Source of the DNA: Candidatus Campbellbacteria bacterium GW2011_OD1_34_28
Lineage (GTDB): Bacteria; Patescibacteriota; Minisyncoccia; Phycocordibacterales; UBA12079
DNA: 64,000 nucleotides
Direction: 5' to 3'
Assembly (NCBI GenBank): GCA_001029775.1
Contig: CP011215.1
Span: 123,187 to 187,186 of the forward strand
Shown: positions 28,917 to 38,962 of the stretch, piece after piece
How positions within the stretch are numbered: the stretch's first letter is position 1
Layout: every line of letters begins with the position of its first letter
Notes under the pieces: model-generated
Database searches by the model: none
What the model saw: only the letters and a program-made list of their open reading frames with translations
Told to the model about the DNA's origin: nothing
Program-made: the position numbers and the translations under genes

Positions 28917-30818
28917 TTATTCAATTTCTCGCCATGATTCTATCCCCCAACTACCACTCGGTCCCGAAGAAAAATTCATATTAGTTAGTCCCTGTTCGTA
29001 ATTTAAAATAATATTGTTTTTCAAATTCAATTGATCTCCAACCAAAGCCGTAATTGAAACATTGTTTGTCATTTCAATAATTCCGTAAGGAGCAACGAGA
29101 ATATCTGCATGAACATTATTACTTACATTAATTGCCGACACATCACTATTGCAGGTAGTAAATCCGTAATACTTGTCGCACCTTGCCAAGGACATCAACA
29201 TCAAATGCCCCGATCCTGATCTGGGATAATTCAAATCAACATTGTTATACAAATCAATCCAACCATCAGACAAAATTAAACCCGAACCGTTTGCTCCATA
29301 TCCAGCACCCAATTCAATGTTCGCGTCTCCATTTATTATTATATTTCCCAGCACATACAATGTCCCTCCTAAACTTACTGTTGTGTTTGATTCTATTATC
29401 AAATCCCCTCCAATTACTCCAGGACCGATTGTATCACCATCGTCCGCGGTTAAATCACCAGCTGTAATTGTTCCAAAACTAATCGCCTCATTTTTCCACG
29501 CTTCTATATTTGCTTCTGAAATAGGAGTTGGCAAATATGGAGGATCAACAGGAGGAGTGGTCGGAGAGTGGCTCGAACCACCAACATTACAATTTGTTTC
29601 AACATTATAATCCGCATCTCCATTTATAGTACAATTTGAGATACTGTTTGCGATTATATTTCCACCCACTGTCCCCCCAGAAAGAGAGTAAGTAAAAGCA
29701 TCTCCGCTAATTTGAGAATCTATTATGTTGTGTGCATAAGCATTAAATACTCCGCCCACACCATCTCCGACAATAACGGTATCTAATGTGCCAAGACCTT
29801 CTTCGTCAGTCGTCCACACTTTGAAATCAAGATCGCCTGCGACATTCACAAAAGCACTCTTTGTCCAATCGCTACTATACTTTGCTGAACCCAAAGAATA
29901 TCCCGCAGAAGTATCTATCCCCCACACATAGTAATTTGCGTCGTCTCTTGCCATATCAGCAACAATCCAATACAACTGATTTGCGTTAATTTCTGGATTG
30001 TTATTAAAACCAACATCAACATACGCATAATTTTCACTAATAAAACTTGAGAGGATTTCTCCTGTTGCTAAAATATTGTTTTTGTCGGGATTTCCACTTT
30101 TATCTTTTACTATTTTAATATTTAAATTTGCAGGCGAGCCAACCTTTTTTACATACAAAGAAATCTTTGACACTTGCAATTCACTTGTGGATGTTGCAAA
30201 ACTTTGTACGGCGTCTACTCGTTGCTGACCTCCCACATATCTACCAAAAGCAAAATCGTTATTTTGAACAATCCATTTCAAATTTGTCGTCGTTGCAGAA
30301 CGAGGTGCCACATAGACATCTCCTGCGATCATCACATTGCCAGCTCCTTCAATTGATCCATTTGAGTAAACTGATCCATTAATTCTGGTATTGTTTTCCA
30401 TTTCGATACCTCCTTGTCCTGTAAACAAACCGTAATTAAAGCTTACCCCACTTGTCACCTGAATCCTGCTTTTTATTTTTCTAATTTTATTATTTACATT
30501 TGCGGTCGTAACAACTTCTTTAACACCATTTCCCAAATCCGTCACGATTGTTCCTGCAGAACCATCATTCAGTAATATATTTTTTTGCCCAACAATATTT
30601 TCTCCGTTTTTTGTTCTATAGACGATATCTTCATTTCCACTTTCAGAAAGATAATAACTTTTTTTTGCCTCAAAAAGAATTCTGTTTGTTTTAAGTTGAC
30701 TAACAACAGGAGAAGAAATGATCATAATTAAAGAAGAGGAAACAAAGATAGCAAATAAAGCCACTAGTATAACAACTTGCCCCTCATTCTTTTTTCTCTT
30801 CAAGATTTTAGTAGTCAT
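28917..30818 (-). CDS. PilX-like minor pilin with extended beta-helix/adhesin region
   Basis: NEG|QVVILVAL leader, SYYLSESG motif, C-terminal SWREIE; last gene of the pil operon. Confidence 0.75.
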   Translation of the reverse strand: MTTKILKRKKNEGQVVILVALFAIFVSSSLIMIISSPVVSQLKTNRILFEAKKSYYLSESGNEDIVYRTKNGENIVGQKNILLNDGSAGTIVTDLGNGVKEVVTTANVNNKIRKIKSRIQVTSGVSFNYGLFTGQGGIEMENNTRINGSVYSNGSIEGAGNVMIAGDVYVAPRSATTTNLKWIVQNNDFAFGRYVGGQQRVDAVQSFATSTSELQVSKISLYVKKVGSPANLNIKIVKDKSGNPDKNNILATGEILSSFISENYAYVDVGFNNNPEINANQLYWIVADMARDDANYYVWGIDTSAGYSLGSAKYSSDWTKSAFVNVAGDLDFKVWTTDEEGLGTLDTVIVGDGVGGVFNAYAHNIIDSQISGDAFTYSLSGGTVGGNIIANSISNCTINGDADYNVETNCNVGGSSHSPTTPPVDPPYLPTPISEANIEAWKNEAISFGTITAGDLTADDGDTIGPGVIGGDLIIESNTTVSLGGTLYVLGNIIINGDANIELGAGYGANGSGLILSDGWIDLYNNVDLNYPRSGSGHLMLMSLARCDKYYGFTTCNSDVSAINVSNNVHADILVAPYGIIEMTNNVSITALVGDQLNLKNNIILNYEQGLTNMNFSSGPSGSWGIESWREIE

Positions 30819-30841
30819 TATTTAAAATTTAAAATTCGTTT

Positions 30842-31384
30842 CTAATATATTTCTCTCATTACAACTGAATTATAAAAAGTCTCATTTCTTACGACGTCCT
30901 TTCTTTGAGAGGATAAATCTATTTCTATTTTAATCAATTTTGAAACACCCGTATCAACAAGATTTAAATAAAATTTGTCTACAGAAACACCTGGCAAATT
31001 GAGAGTGACTATATCAGCACCTTCCATCATTTTTAAATTGCCATCTTCCAAGAAAAATTTTTTCTCAGAAAAATTACCTGCGTCATCAACAACACTCAAA
31101 ACCAATGCCCCTAAGTCGCTATTAAAAACATTTCCAGAAACAGCCAACCCTCTGGACCATTTTGTTTCAACAACAACTCTTTCTAAAATACCAGAAGCAG
31201 TCTGATTAATTCTCTGCGACATTTTTATGTTGGAATAAGAATCAAACATCATCAGAGTTGTGTTTATCACAATGAACAAAACCAAAACTAAAACACCAAT
31301 GTAAATAAGAGTCTCTAAAAGAGAGAAGCCTTTCATTAATTTATTGTTCTTGATCAAATTTCTCTTAAACATAAATTTACTCAA
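30842..31384 (-). CDS. Minor pilin (PilW-like)
   Basis: KG|FSLLETLIY N-methylation motif. Confidence 0.85.
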   Translation of the reverse strand: MSKFMFKRNLIKNNKLMKGFSLLETLIYIGVLVLVLFIVINTTLMMFDSYSNIKMSQRINQTASGILERVVVETKWSRGLAVSGNVFNSDLGALVLSVVDDAGNFSEKKFFLEDGNLKMMEGADIVTLNLPGVSVDKFYLNLVDTGVSKLIKIEIDLSSQRKDVVRNETFYNSVVMREIY

Positions 31385-31853
31385 ACAAATTCGTCAAATA
31401 AAAATCAACGGTCTGTGTGGTTGTCGCTCCTGCTACAAATGTAGAGACAAAAGCACTCACTTTTCTTGTCCCATCATCCAAAGTTCCAGAGACGGCAATA
31501 TCTCCTCCCGCATCACGATAGACATCATCCAAAATAAAATACCTTTCAAATCTATTATCAATATAAATATTTGTTGTAGTGGCTTTCCAAATACCCCCCT
31601 CAAAAATTATTGAGTAATTAGTACTGGTTGCTAAATCATAAAAATTTGTCCAACTGGCATCCCTCAGAGATCTGACAACCTCTACCTCTTCTTCTAGTAA
31701 ATAATTTATTTTTGTAACATCCATATTTTTAACTGCCACTCTAATGAAAAAATTATAGGCAGTAACAACAGAAAAAAAAGAAACAGAAATAATTGACAAG
31801 CCAACCACAATTTCTATAAGACCAGCCCCTTTTTTGTTTTTAAAATTTATCAT
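31377..31853 (-). CDS. Minor pilin (PilV-like)
   Basis: KG|AGLIEIVV leader. Confidence 0.8.
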   Translation of the reverse strand: MINFKNKKGAGLIEIVVGLSIISVSFFSVVTAYNFFIRVAVKNMDVTKINYLLEEEVEVVRSLRDASWTNFYDLATSTNYSIIFEGGIWKATTTNIYIDNRFERYFILDDVYRDAGGDIAVSGTLDDGTRKVSAFVSTFVAGATTTQTVDFYLTNLFE

Positions 31854-31857
31854 CTAA

Positions 31858-32328
31858 TTAATAGTTAGAAAAAATTGTTCCAATAGGAAAAACTGTTATT
31901 ATTTTGAATCTAACAGGATTATCAACCAAAGAAAATTTTAATGTTCCGCTTGTAACAGTATCGCCTGTAATTCTGTTAAAAACAACATCATTTCCACCTC
32001 CTACTAAAAATAATTCTGTTATTCTAACACCGTCACCAAACACAATTGTTTTATTATCGGGATCTGATTCAGAATAAAAACTTCCCACAAAAAAAGTTGC
32101 ACTATCTGTCTCAAAATGAACACCATAATTAGAAGCATCAGTGGAAGCTTGTGAATTTGTTCTTGCTAACTGAAGCATCTTTTCTACATCTTCAACGACA
32201 CGATTAAGGGCTTGTCTGTCTCTAACTGCTTCAAAAGGCTTTATTCCGAAAATAAAAAGCAATAAAATTATACCGATAGCAAAAAGGGTTTCTAATAAAG
32301 TTATTCCTCTTTTATCTTTTTTAAACAT
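31858..32328 (-). CDS. Minor pilin (FimT/GspH-like)
   Basis: RG|ITLLETLF leader; LQLARTNS. Confidence 0.8.
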   Translation of the reverse strand: MFKKDKRGITLLETLFAIGIILLLFIFGIKPFEAVRDRQALNRVVEDVEKMLQLARTNSQASTDASNYGVHFETDSATFFVGSFYSESDPDNKTIVFGDGVRITELFLVGGGNDVVFNRITGDTVTSGTLKFSLVDNPVRFKIITVFPIGTIFSNY

Positions 32329-32375
32329 AATATATTCCTTATCACCTCTTACTACTTACACCTTATCCCTTAATC

Positions 32376-33590
32376 CTATATATTTCCCATTATAGAATAC
32401 ATCGGAGTAATCATTGATACCGCAAAAAATCCAACAGCCGCTCCAATAAATACCATCAGTATTGGCTCAATGATTGTAGAAAGATTTTTTGTTTTTTGAT
32501 CTACTTCTTCTTCATAAAAATCGGCAAGGCTTGATAACATATCTGGCAACTTTCCTGTTTCTTCCCCCACTTCAATCATGGCACTAACTACGGGCGGATA
32601 AAGTTTTTCATTTTTTGTAAACAATTCAGCCAAAGGATCTCCTTTTTGAATATTTATTTTTGCTTGATCCATAATTTTTTTATAATGACTATTTTGCAAA
32701 ACATCTTTTGTAATATCAAAAGATGAAAGAACATCTACTCCAGAAGAAAGAAGCGAAGAAAGAGTTCTCGCTGTTCTGGCAGAGTTAACCTCGACTGCGA
32801 TTGTCGACACAAAAGGTATTTTCAAAACAAGAGTGTCAATAAGTTTTCTTCCCCTTTCTGTTTTAAAACCTAAAACTATTCCGACAATAGCGATTATGCC
32901 CATTAAGACAAACAGTAATGGGTTGCCTCTTATAAAATCACTGGCGCCAATAATAATTCTCGTACTCATTGGAAGTTCAGTATTTAAATCCGCGAATGTC
33001 TCTTGTAGCCCCGGAACAATAAATACCAACATCAGTACTCCGACAGAAATCATAACAAATGTAATTATTGCGGGGTAAATCAATGCCCCTCTCACTTTCT
33101 TTGCCAGTTTATTACTGTTTTCCATCTGTTTCGAAACAATATGCAAAGAATCAGAAATCCTTCCACTTTCTTCCCCTGCCCTAACCATAGCGATAAACAA
33201 CGGTGAAAAAATATTTGGATATTTTTTTAATGATTCATTGATCGCATTTCCTTTTTTTATCTCTTCATTGATATCTATGATTGCATTTTTAAATTTTCGA
33301 TTTTTAAACTGCTTTTCCAAAGTACTCAATGCTTTTGAGATAGAAAGTCCTGCACCTATCATCGCACCCAAGTTTTTCGCAAACATTATTTTATCTTCAG
33401 CTTTTACTGTGCTAATAAGGGACATTTTTCTAAGCAAAAACATTATTGATTTTCCTTGTTGTTCAAAATCGACAACAACACCCCCTTGAGAGCGAACTTT
33501 TTTTGCCAAATCCTGTTCATCCTTTGCAAAAACAACCCCCTTATAGGTTTCTCCTGTTTCTCTTATTGCTTTGTAATTATAATCAGGCAC
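32376..33590 (-). CDS. pilC: Type IV pilus platform protein PilC (T2SS F family)
   Basis: AGEESG, ALIYP, VGEETG, IIEP. Confidence 0.93.
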   Translation of the reverse strand: MPDYNYKAIRETGETYKGVVFAKDEQDLAKKVRSQGGVVVDFEQQGKSIMFLLRKMSLISTVKAEDKIMFAKNLGAMIGAGLSISKALSTLEKQFKNRKFKNAIIDINEEIKKGNAINESLKKYPNIFSPLFIAMVRAGEESGRISDSLHIVSKQMENSNKLAKKVRGALIYPAIITFVMISVGVLMLVFIVPGLQETFADLNTELPMSTRIIIGASDFIRGNPLLFVLMGIIAIVGIVLGFKTERGRKLIDTLVLKIPFVSTIAVEVNSARTARTLSSLLSSGVDVLSSFDITKDVLQNSHYKKIMDQAKINIQKGDPLAELFTKNEKLYPPVVSAMIEVGEETGKLPDMLSSLADFYEEEVDQKTKNLSTIIEPILMVFIGAAVGFFAVSMITPMYSIMGNI

Positions 33591-33655
33591 GGTGGGAAAT
33601 TATAAATTTTAAATTATAAATTGTATTTTTGACTTTTGATTTTTAACTTTTGAAT

Positions 33656-35404
33656 TTACTCTGAAACCACCCTCAACACCTCTTCAATCGTCGTTACCCC
33701 CTGAACCGCTTTAAAAATTCCATCTTCAATCATTGTCATCATTCCCTCGTTTTTTGCTTGTTCTTCAATCTGGTCAGATGTTGCATTTTTCATAATCAAA
33801 TCTTTCAGAGGGGTACTCATATTCAAAATCTCATGGATACCAATTCTTCCACTATATCCGTCAGAGTCAGCATTTTTATTGTTTTTATAAAAAGCAATTT
33901 TTGCCCAATCATCTTTTGCATCGACGATACTTTCTTTTTTCAAAAAATAAAGTACTCTATCCAAATCAACAACTTTATTTAAAGAGACAATCTCTGATTT
34001 TGATAGGTAATATTTTTGACTATCTTGTGACAGACGACGCACAAGTCTTTGTGCAATAATAACATCAATTGTAGAAACTAAAAGAAACGGGTCAATTTTC
34101 ATATCAACCAATCTGGGAATTGCGCCAGCTGCCGAATTGGTGTGCAAAGTAGAAAGCACCAAGTGACCCGTCAAAGAAGCATTCACCGCAAGAGACGCAG
34201 TTTCGGTATCTCTAATTTCCCCCACCATTATAATATCTGGGTCCTGACGAACAAGAGCACGAAGTCCATTTGAAAATGTAAAACCAATATCAGGCTTTAC
34301 TTGTGTTTGGTTAACTCTCGGCATTTGATATTCTATTGGATCTTCAATCGTAGAAATATTAACACCAGGTACATTTAAATTGTCCAACAATGTATAAAGA
34401 GTTGTGGTTTTTCCAGAACCTGTCGGACCTGTTGTAAGAAGCATTCCTGTTTTACGTTTCATGGCATTGTATATTCTTTCCAACCCTTCTCCGTGGAAGC
34501 CAAGACTTTCCAAGGTAAAGCCCGAAGCTCCTTCTTTCAGCAACCTCATAACTGTTTTTTCTCCGTAATAAACAGGTAAAACGGAAACTCTAAAAGAAAC
34601 TTTTTGCTCGTCAACTTCTACTTTAAATCTACCATCTTGTGGCAATCTTTTTTCATCCAGTTTTAAATTGGAAAGCACTTTTATTCTAGCGGTGATACTG
34701 GCTGTTGCGTTTTTTGGCAAAATCATTGCGTCATGCAAAATACCATCTATTCTGTAACGAATAAGTAATTTGTCTTCCATCGGTTCTATATGAATATCTG
34801 ATGCGTCTTGAATAATCGCGTGTTTCAAAAGAGTATCGACGATACGAATAACTGGCAAATCTTCGGCGATCTTTTTCAAATCTTCTTTTGAAATATTTTC
34901 TGTTTCAACTTCTGAAATTTGTTTCAGAGACTGAGATTGTTTTTGGATCAAATCTCCAAATTCTGCTTTTAAAGATTTTTGATATTGTAACAGAGCACTT
35001 TTTATTGATGCCGTACCGGTCAAACGAGGAGAAATTTTTAAATTTACTTTCTTTTTTATAAAGTTGATAGCTTCAAGATCGTCAACATCAAGCATCGCAA
35101 CCTCCAAATCTTTATCACTTTTTTTGAAAGCAATAATATTGTGCTTTCTGGCAATCGGTTCCGGTATAATAGACAAAACATCAAAATCAATTTTTTGATC
35201 TGACAAATCAACAAAAGGAATACCAATAATATGGGCCTGAATTCTGCGCATTTCATCCTCTGTCAATTTTCCTTCGTTAAGCAAAATTTCACCAAGACTG
35301 ACATTTTCTTTTTCTGCTTTTGACAAAGCCTTTTCCAAATCTGTTTTAGAAATAAGTCCGGAGTCTTTTATAAATTCACCTAATTGTTTTGAATCAATTC
35401 TCAT
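33656..35404 (-). CDS. pilB: Type IV pilus assembly ATPase PilB (GspE/PulE family)
   Basis: SDIHIEP, PQDGR, GPTGSGKTTT, RQDPD, TGHLVLSTLHTN. Confidence 0.95.
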   Translation of the reverse strand: MRIDSKQLGEFIKDSGLISKTDLEKALSKAEKENVSLGEILLNEGKLTEDEMRRIQAHIIGIPFVDLSDQKIDFDVLSIIPEPIARKHNIIAFKKSDKDLEVAMLDVDDLEAINFIKKKVNLKISPRLTGTASIKSALLQYQKSLKAEFGDLIQKQSQSLKQISEVETENISKEDLKKIAEDLPVIRIVDTLLKHAIIQDASDIHIEPMEDKLLIRYRIDGILHDAMILPKNATASITARIKVLSNLKLDEKRLPQDGRFKVEVDEQKVSFRVSVLPVYYGEKTVMRLLKEGASGFTLESLGFHGEGLERIYNAMKRKTGMLLTTGPTGSGKTTTLYTLLDNLNVPGVNISTIEDPIEYQMPRVNQTQVKPDIGFTFSNGLRALVRQDPDIIMVGEIRDTETASLAVNASLTGHLVLSTLHTNSAAGAIPRLVDMKIDPFLLVSTIDVIIAQRLVRRLSQDSQKYYLSKSEIVSLNKVVDLDRVLYFLKKESIVDAKDDWAKIAFYKNNKNADSDGYSGRIGIHEILNMSTPLKDLIMKNATSDQIEEQAKNEGMMTMIEDGIFKAVQGVTTIEEVLRVVSE

Positions 35405-35504
35405 TACCTCTATTTTATCACACAGAAAAAAAAGTTTATGAACATATACACAAAAAGAGCCAAATTTCTTTAAAAAGAAATTTGGCTCTTTTATCTTAAC
35501 TTTT

Positions 35505-38500
35505 CTAAAACTCTATTACCCGTGAATCACAATCTGCCGGACAGCTCAAAAAGTTTTCGTTTGCATCGCAAGTTGTGTTTCCACAACAATCCGCAAAACA
35601 ACTTCCTATCTCACCTGGAGAACAAATATCGTCTCCACAACCACTAGTCAAATGTTCGGCCGTACAAGTGTCAGTAGACAAAGTCCCCTGACAATTCCAA
35701 GTAGCACTATTTCCGGCAGTAGGGAAAGCGGGAGTAAGATTTTTTATTCCTCCCAAACACCAACCATTGGATGGGTCTTGCCAATTTGTTTCTTCCAACA
35801 AATAATCTCTTTCATTTACTCCGCAATCCCCGTCTCCGGTTGGAATAGCTGAACGAGTTGCTGAACAACTTGCAGATCCTAGGCCCATTTGACACGCCCA
35901 ATTTGAAACACCACCTCTAGCTGGGAAAGACACGGGGTTTGGATTTGGATTAAATGCTGTAGTCTCTATTAAACACCAATTTCCAGCAGGCCATGACAAA
36001 GTCTCGTAAGAAAATGCTCTTGCCAAAGTTCCACAGTCAACATCACAGGTTCCTGGCATACATCCGCCCGGACCTTGGCGGTTAGCTGTACAAGTAACAG
36101 AGTCTCCTCCGTTCACACAAGACCACGAAGCTGTAGAATTCATTACAGGGAAACTTGTCGGCGTACCACTTCCGGTTCCAAACTGACACCAAGTGCTTCC
36201 TGTTGGCCATGCGGTTTCTGTTGAAAGATAAGTTCCTGCTCGATAAGTGTCTCTAGTTCCGCAACCAACAGTTGGAGGAGTATCTCTATAAGCAGAACAA
36301 TTTGCTATTGATTCATAAAAATTACATTTCCACGTTACCATCTCTCCCTGATCGGGGAATTTCGCTGATGGAGAAAAAGTTTCTTCCGTTCCGTTGTCAC
36401 ACCATGTGCTTCCAACGGGATAATCTGTTGTTGAATAAGTATATGTTCCGTCTTTAGTTCCACACTCACCTTCTCCAACAGGAAGTGCCGCACGAGAAGC
36501 CGAACAACTTGCGTTCGTTGCTCCGGTACCAGAACCATTACAACTCCAAGAAACAGTTTGTCCATAATTAGGAAATAACGGAGAAGCAGAATTTGTTCCC
36601 GTCGTACAATAAGCAGATCCTGCTGGCCATGCTGTTGTCGTTATAGGATAAGGAGGAGCAACAGTCGTCGAATAATTGTCTGATCTATTTCCGCAAGATC
36701 CATTTAAAGGAAGTCTGGAAGCAGAACAACTTGCATTTGTTCCGCCGTTTATTCCAACACATGTCCAGGAAACACTGGCCCCCAAACCTGGAAAAGCGGG
36801 GCTAGTGCTGTTTGTTCCAAGTGAACAATATGCAGTAGATGCTGGCCAAGCGGTTGTCGTCGCAGGATAAGGGGGAGCAACAGTCGTCGAATAATTGTCT
36901 GATCTGTTTCCGCAAGTAGCATTTGTTGTTTGTAATACTTTTAAATATTTGACCAGAGAACTATTTGTAGCTGCCATTTGATAACAAGGACAAAGAGTTC
37001 CGTTTGAAGCAGCTACTTGTTTTGCAAAATCATTAGGTATTGCTACAAAAGAAGTGGTATGAGTACACGCCAGACAAACATATGATCCAGAAGAGAGTGT
37101 CTGAAAATCATAGCTGTCGCCGTAATACCTTGCAAACAAACCAGAATAAGTCACAGTATGATTTCCGACAGTCCTTGGTCCGAAATTTTTAGTTGTATAA
37201 GCGGTTGACCTCAAAACCCACAAGTGAATAGCAACAGCGGCATTTGGGTTTTGGGTATTTATAATAATATATTGCCAATTATTTGCATCTATCTTTACCG
37301 CACCCTGCATATAACTGATGCTGTTATTACAGACATTCCATGTCAGTTTCATAGAGGCTTGTACATCATCTATAGAATAATAAACATAACGACTGTCAGC
37401 ACTATCATAAGAACGATATCCTGTCATATCATAGACAATCGTAACTGTATCAGTAAGAAAAGAACCCCCAGGATTCCACGAAACTGTAGTTGCTTCTACG
37501 CTATTTCCGCCAAAAAAGATTCCGAACCCTAATAAAAAAACTGCCATAAAAAATTTTACGCCAATTTTTTTTAAATAAATAGCAATTCCAGCAAGGACAA
37601 TAACACCAATTAAAACATAGATTGCCCAGCCAAAAGATTTGTCTTCTTTTGTCTCAACATAAAAAATATTTTCATCCAAAACATTTCCTTCTGCATTCTT
37701 AACCTGAGCCTTGATTACAGGATTTTTACAATCCCTCAAAGAAACAATTTCCATATTTAACACACCACTATCGGCTTTGATTTCTTTTTCTCCACACAAT
37801 CTATCAAAAACACCTGTTGTGATAGAAACAAAAGCAAACAACTCTTGTTGTTGTTGATCTCGGACTCTGGCATCCAAAAAGTTTTGGGCACTTCCTGACA
37901 GAACAAAAGTAATATTTATTTTTTCGTCTTCTTTGTATGAATCCTTGTCCAAACTTACATTCTGAACAGTTGCTGATTCTCCTCTTATAACAAAGTGCAG
38001 CGGAATCATATTAGATAAATTATTACCTAATTTATTTTGCAAAATTAAATCACCGTCGTATGCCTGAGGTTTTTCGGGCAAAGGAACATCCAATTCCAAT
38101 GTTTTTGTTTCTCCTGCAAGTAATTCAACTTCTGGAAACTTTTTTTCTTCAACTGACTGTCCAAAAGAACTCCTTTCTCTAATATTTATAACAGGAATAA
38201 AAGAAATTTTATTTTGAGAACTATTAACAATATCACATTCCATAACAGGACTTTCTGTCGATCTATCTATATCAATTCCCTGATTTACAGCGAACAATTC
38301 TTCTCCGATCTTCAATTTACAACTAAAAGGATTAATCAAAAGTCCTCCATCTCCATCAATATTTACCATGCCAAAAGAAACAAATCCATAATCAAGACCT
38401 TTTTCGTTTCCAGAGGATACAATTATTTCAAACTCTCCTTTCAAATTTGAAGGTGCTGTATATTTAATCTCTTTTACAATATCTTCCCCCGTATTTAGGC

Positions 38501-38831
38501 TAAATACATCCTCATAATATTGTTTATGAACTGGAAATCCATTTTTATCAACCAATTCAACAACATATTTTATCTGAGGCTGAACATCACCATGATTTAC
38601 AATATTAAAAGACAGGCCAAAATCATTTTTGTCTTGTCTTAAAATTTTTCCATCATACAAACTAATGTCAGCCAAAATGACAAATTGTCCACTTGAAACA
38701 TCTATTCCACTCTCTATCATCTGGTCAAGAACAAAGTCCGGAATTTCTACTGGTAATTCTTCTGCGTTAGTGACGAAAACAGAGGAAAAAAACATTAACA
38801 CGAACAAACAAAAAGAGACTATTTTTTTCAT
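35505..38831 (-). CDS. Large secreted/membrane protein with six Cys-rich repeats
   Basis: Signal peptide, central TM pair, six CG...W...C...FP..G....W.C...CSA.R repeats, C-terminal CPADC..IEF. Confidence 0.85.
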   Translation of the reverse strand: MKKIVSFCLFVLMFFSSVFVTNAEELPVEIPDFVLDQMIESGIDVSSGQFVILADISLYDGKILRQDKNDFGLSFNIVNHGDVQPQIKYVVELVDKNGFPVHKQYYEDVFSLNTGEDIVKEIKYTAPSNLKGEFEIIVSSGNEKGLDYGFVSFGMVNIDGDGGLLINPFSCKLKIGEELFAVNQGIDIDRSTESPVMECDIVNSSQNKISFIPVINIRERSSFGQSVEEKKFPEVELLAGETKTLELDVPLPEKPQAYDGDLILQNKLGNNLSNMIPLHFVIRGESATVQNVSLDKDSYKEDEKINITFVLSGSAQNFLDARVRDQQQQELFAFVSITTGVFDRLCGEKEIKADSGVLNMEIVSLRDCKNPVIKAQVKNAEGNVLDENIFYVETKEDKSFGWAIYVLIGVIVLAGIAIYLKKIGVKFFMAVFLLGFGIFFGGNSVEATTVSWNPGGSFLTDTVTIVYDMTGYRSYDSADSRYVYYSIDDVQASMKLTWNVCNNSISYMQGAVKIDANNWQYIIINTQNPNAAVAIHLWVLRSTAYTTKNFGPRTVGNHTVTYSGLFARYYGDSYDFQTLSSGSYVCLACTHTTSFVAIPNDFAKQVAASNGTLCPCYQMAATNSSLVKYLKVLQTTNATCGNRSDNYSTTVAPPYPATTTAWPASTAYCSLGTNSTSPAFPGLGASVSWTCVGINGGTNASCSASRLPLNGSCGNRSDNYSTTVAPPYPITTTAWPAGSAYCTTGTNSASPLFPNYGQTVSWSCNGSGTGATNASCSASRAALPVGEGECGTKDGTYTYSTTDYPVGSTWCDNGTEETFSPSAKFPDQGEMVTWKCNFYESIANCSAYRDTPPTVGCGTRDTYRAGTYLSTETAWPTGSTWCQFGTGSGTPTSFPVMNSTASWSCVNGGDSVTCTANRQGPGGCMPGTCDVDCGTLARAFSYETLSWPAGNWCLIETTAFNPNPNPVSFPARGGVSNWACQMGLGSASCSATRSAIPTGDGDCGVNERDYLLEETNWQDPSNGWCLGGIKNLTPAFPTAGNSATWNCQGTLSTDTCTAEHLTSGCGDDICSPGEIGSCFADCCGNTTCDANENFLSCPADCDSRVIEF

Positions 38832-38962
38832 AATATTATTAATATTCAGTTTATCTTTATAATAATTAATACTAACACCTCGTAAATAAAAAAAATATAA
38901 GCACTGTGAACAACTAAAAAGAGCGGGTTTCCTTACGGAAACCCGCTCTTTTTTAAAACTTG

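Noticed and set aside
28917-35404. Type IV pilus and competence genes as a novel system
   Set aside because: Standard for Patescibacteria
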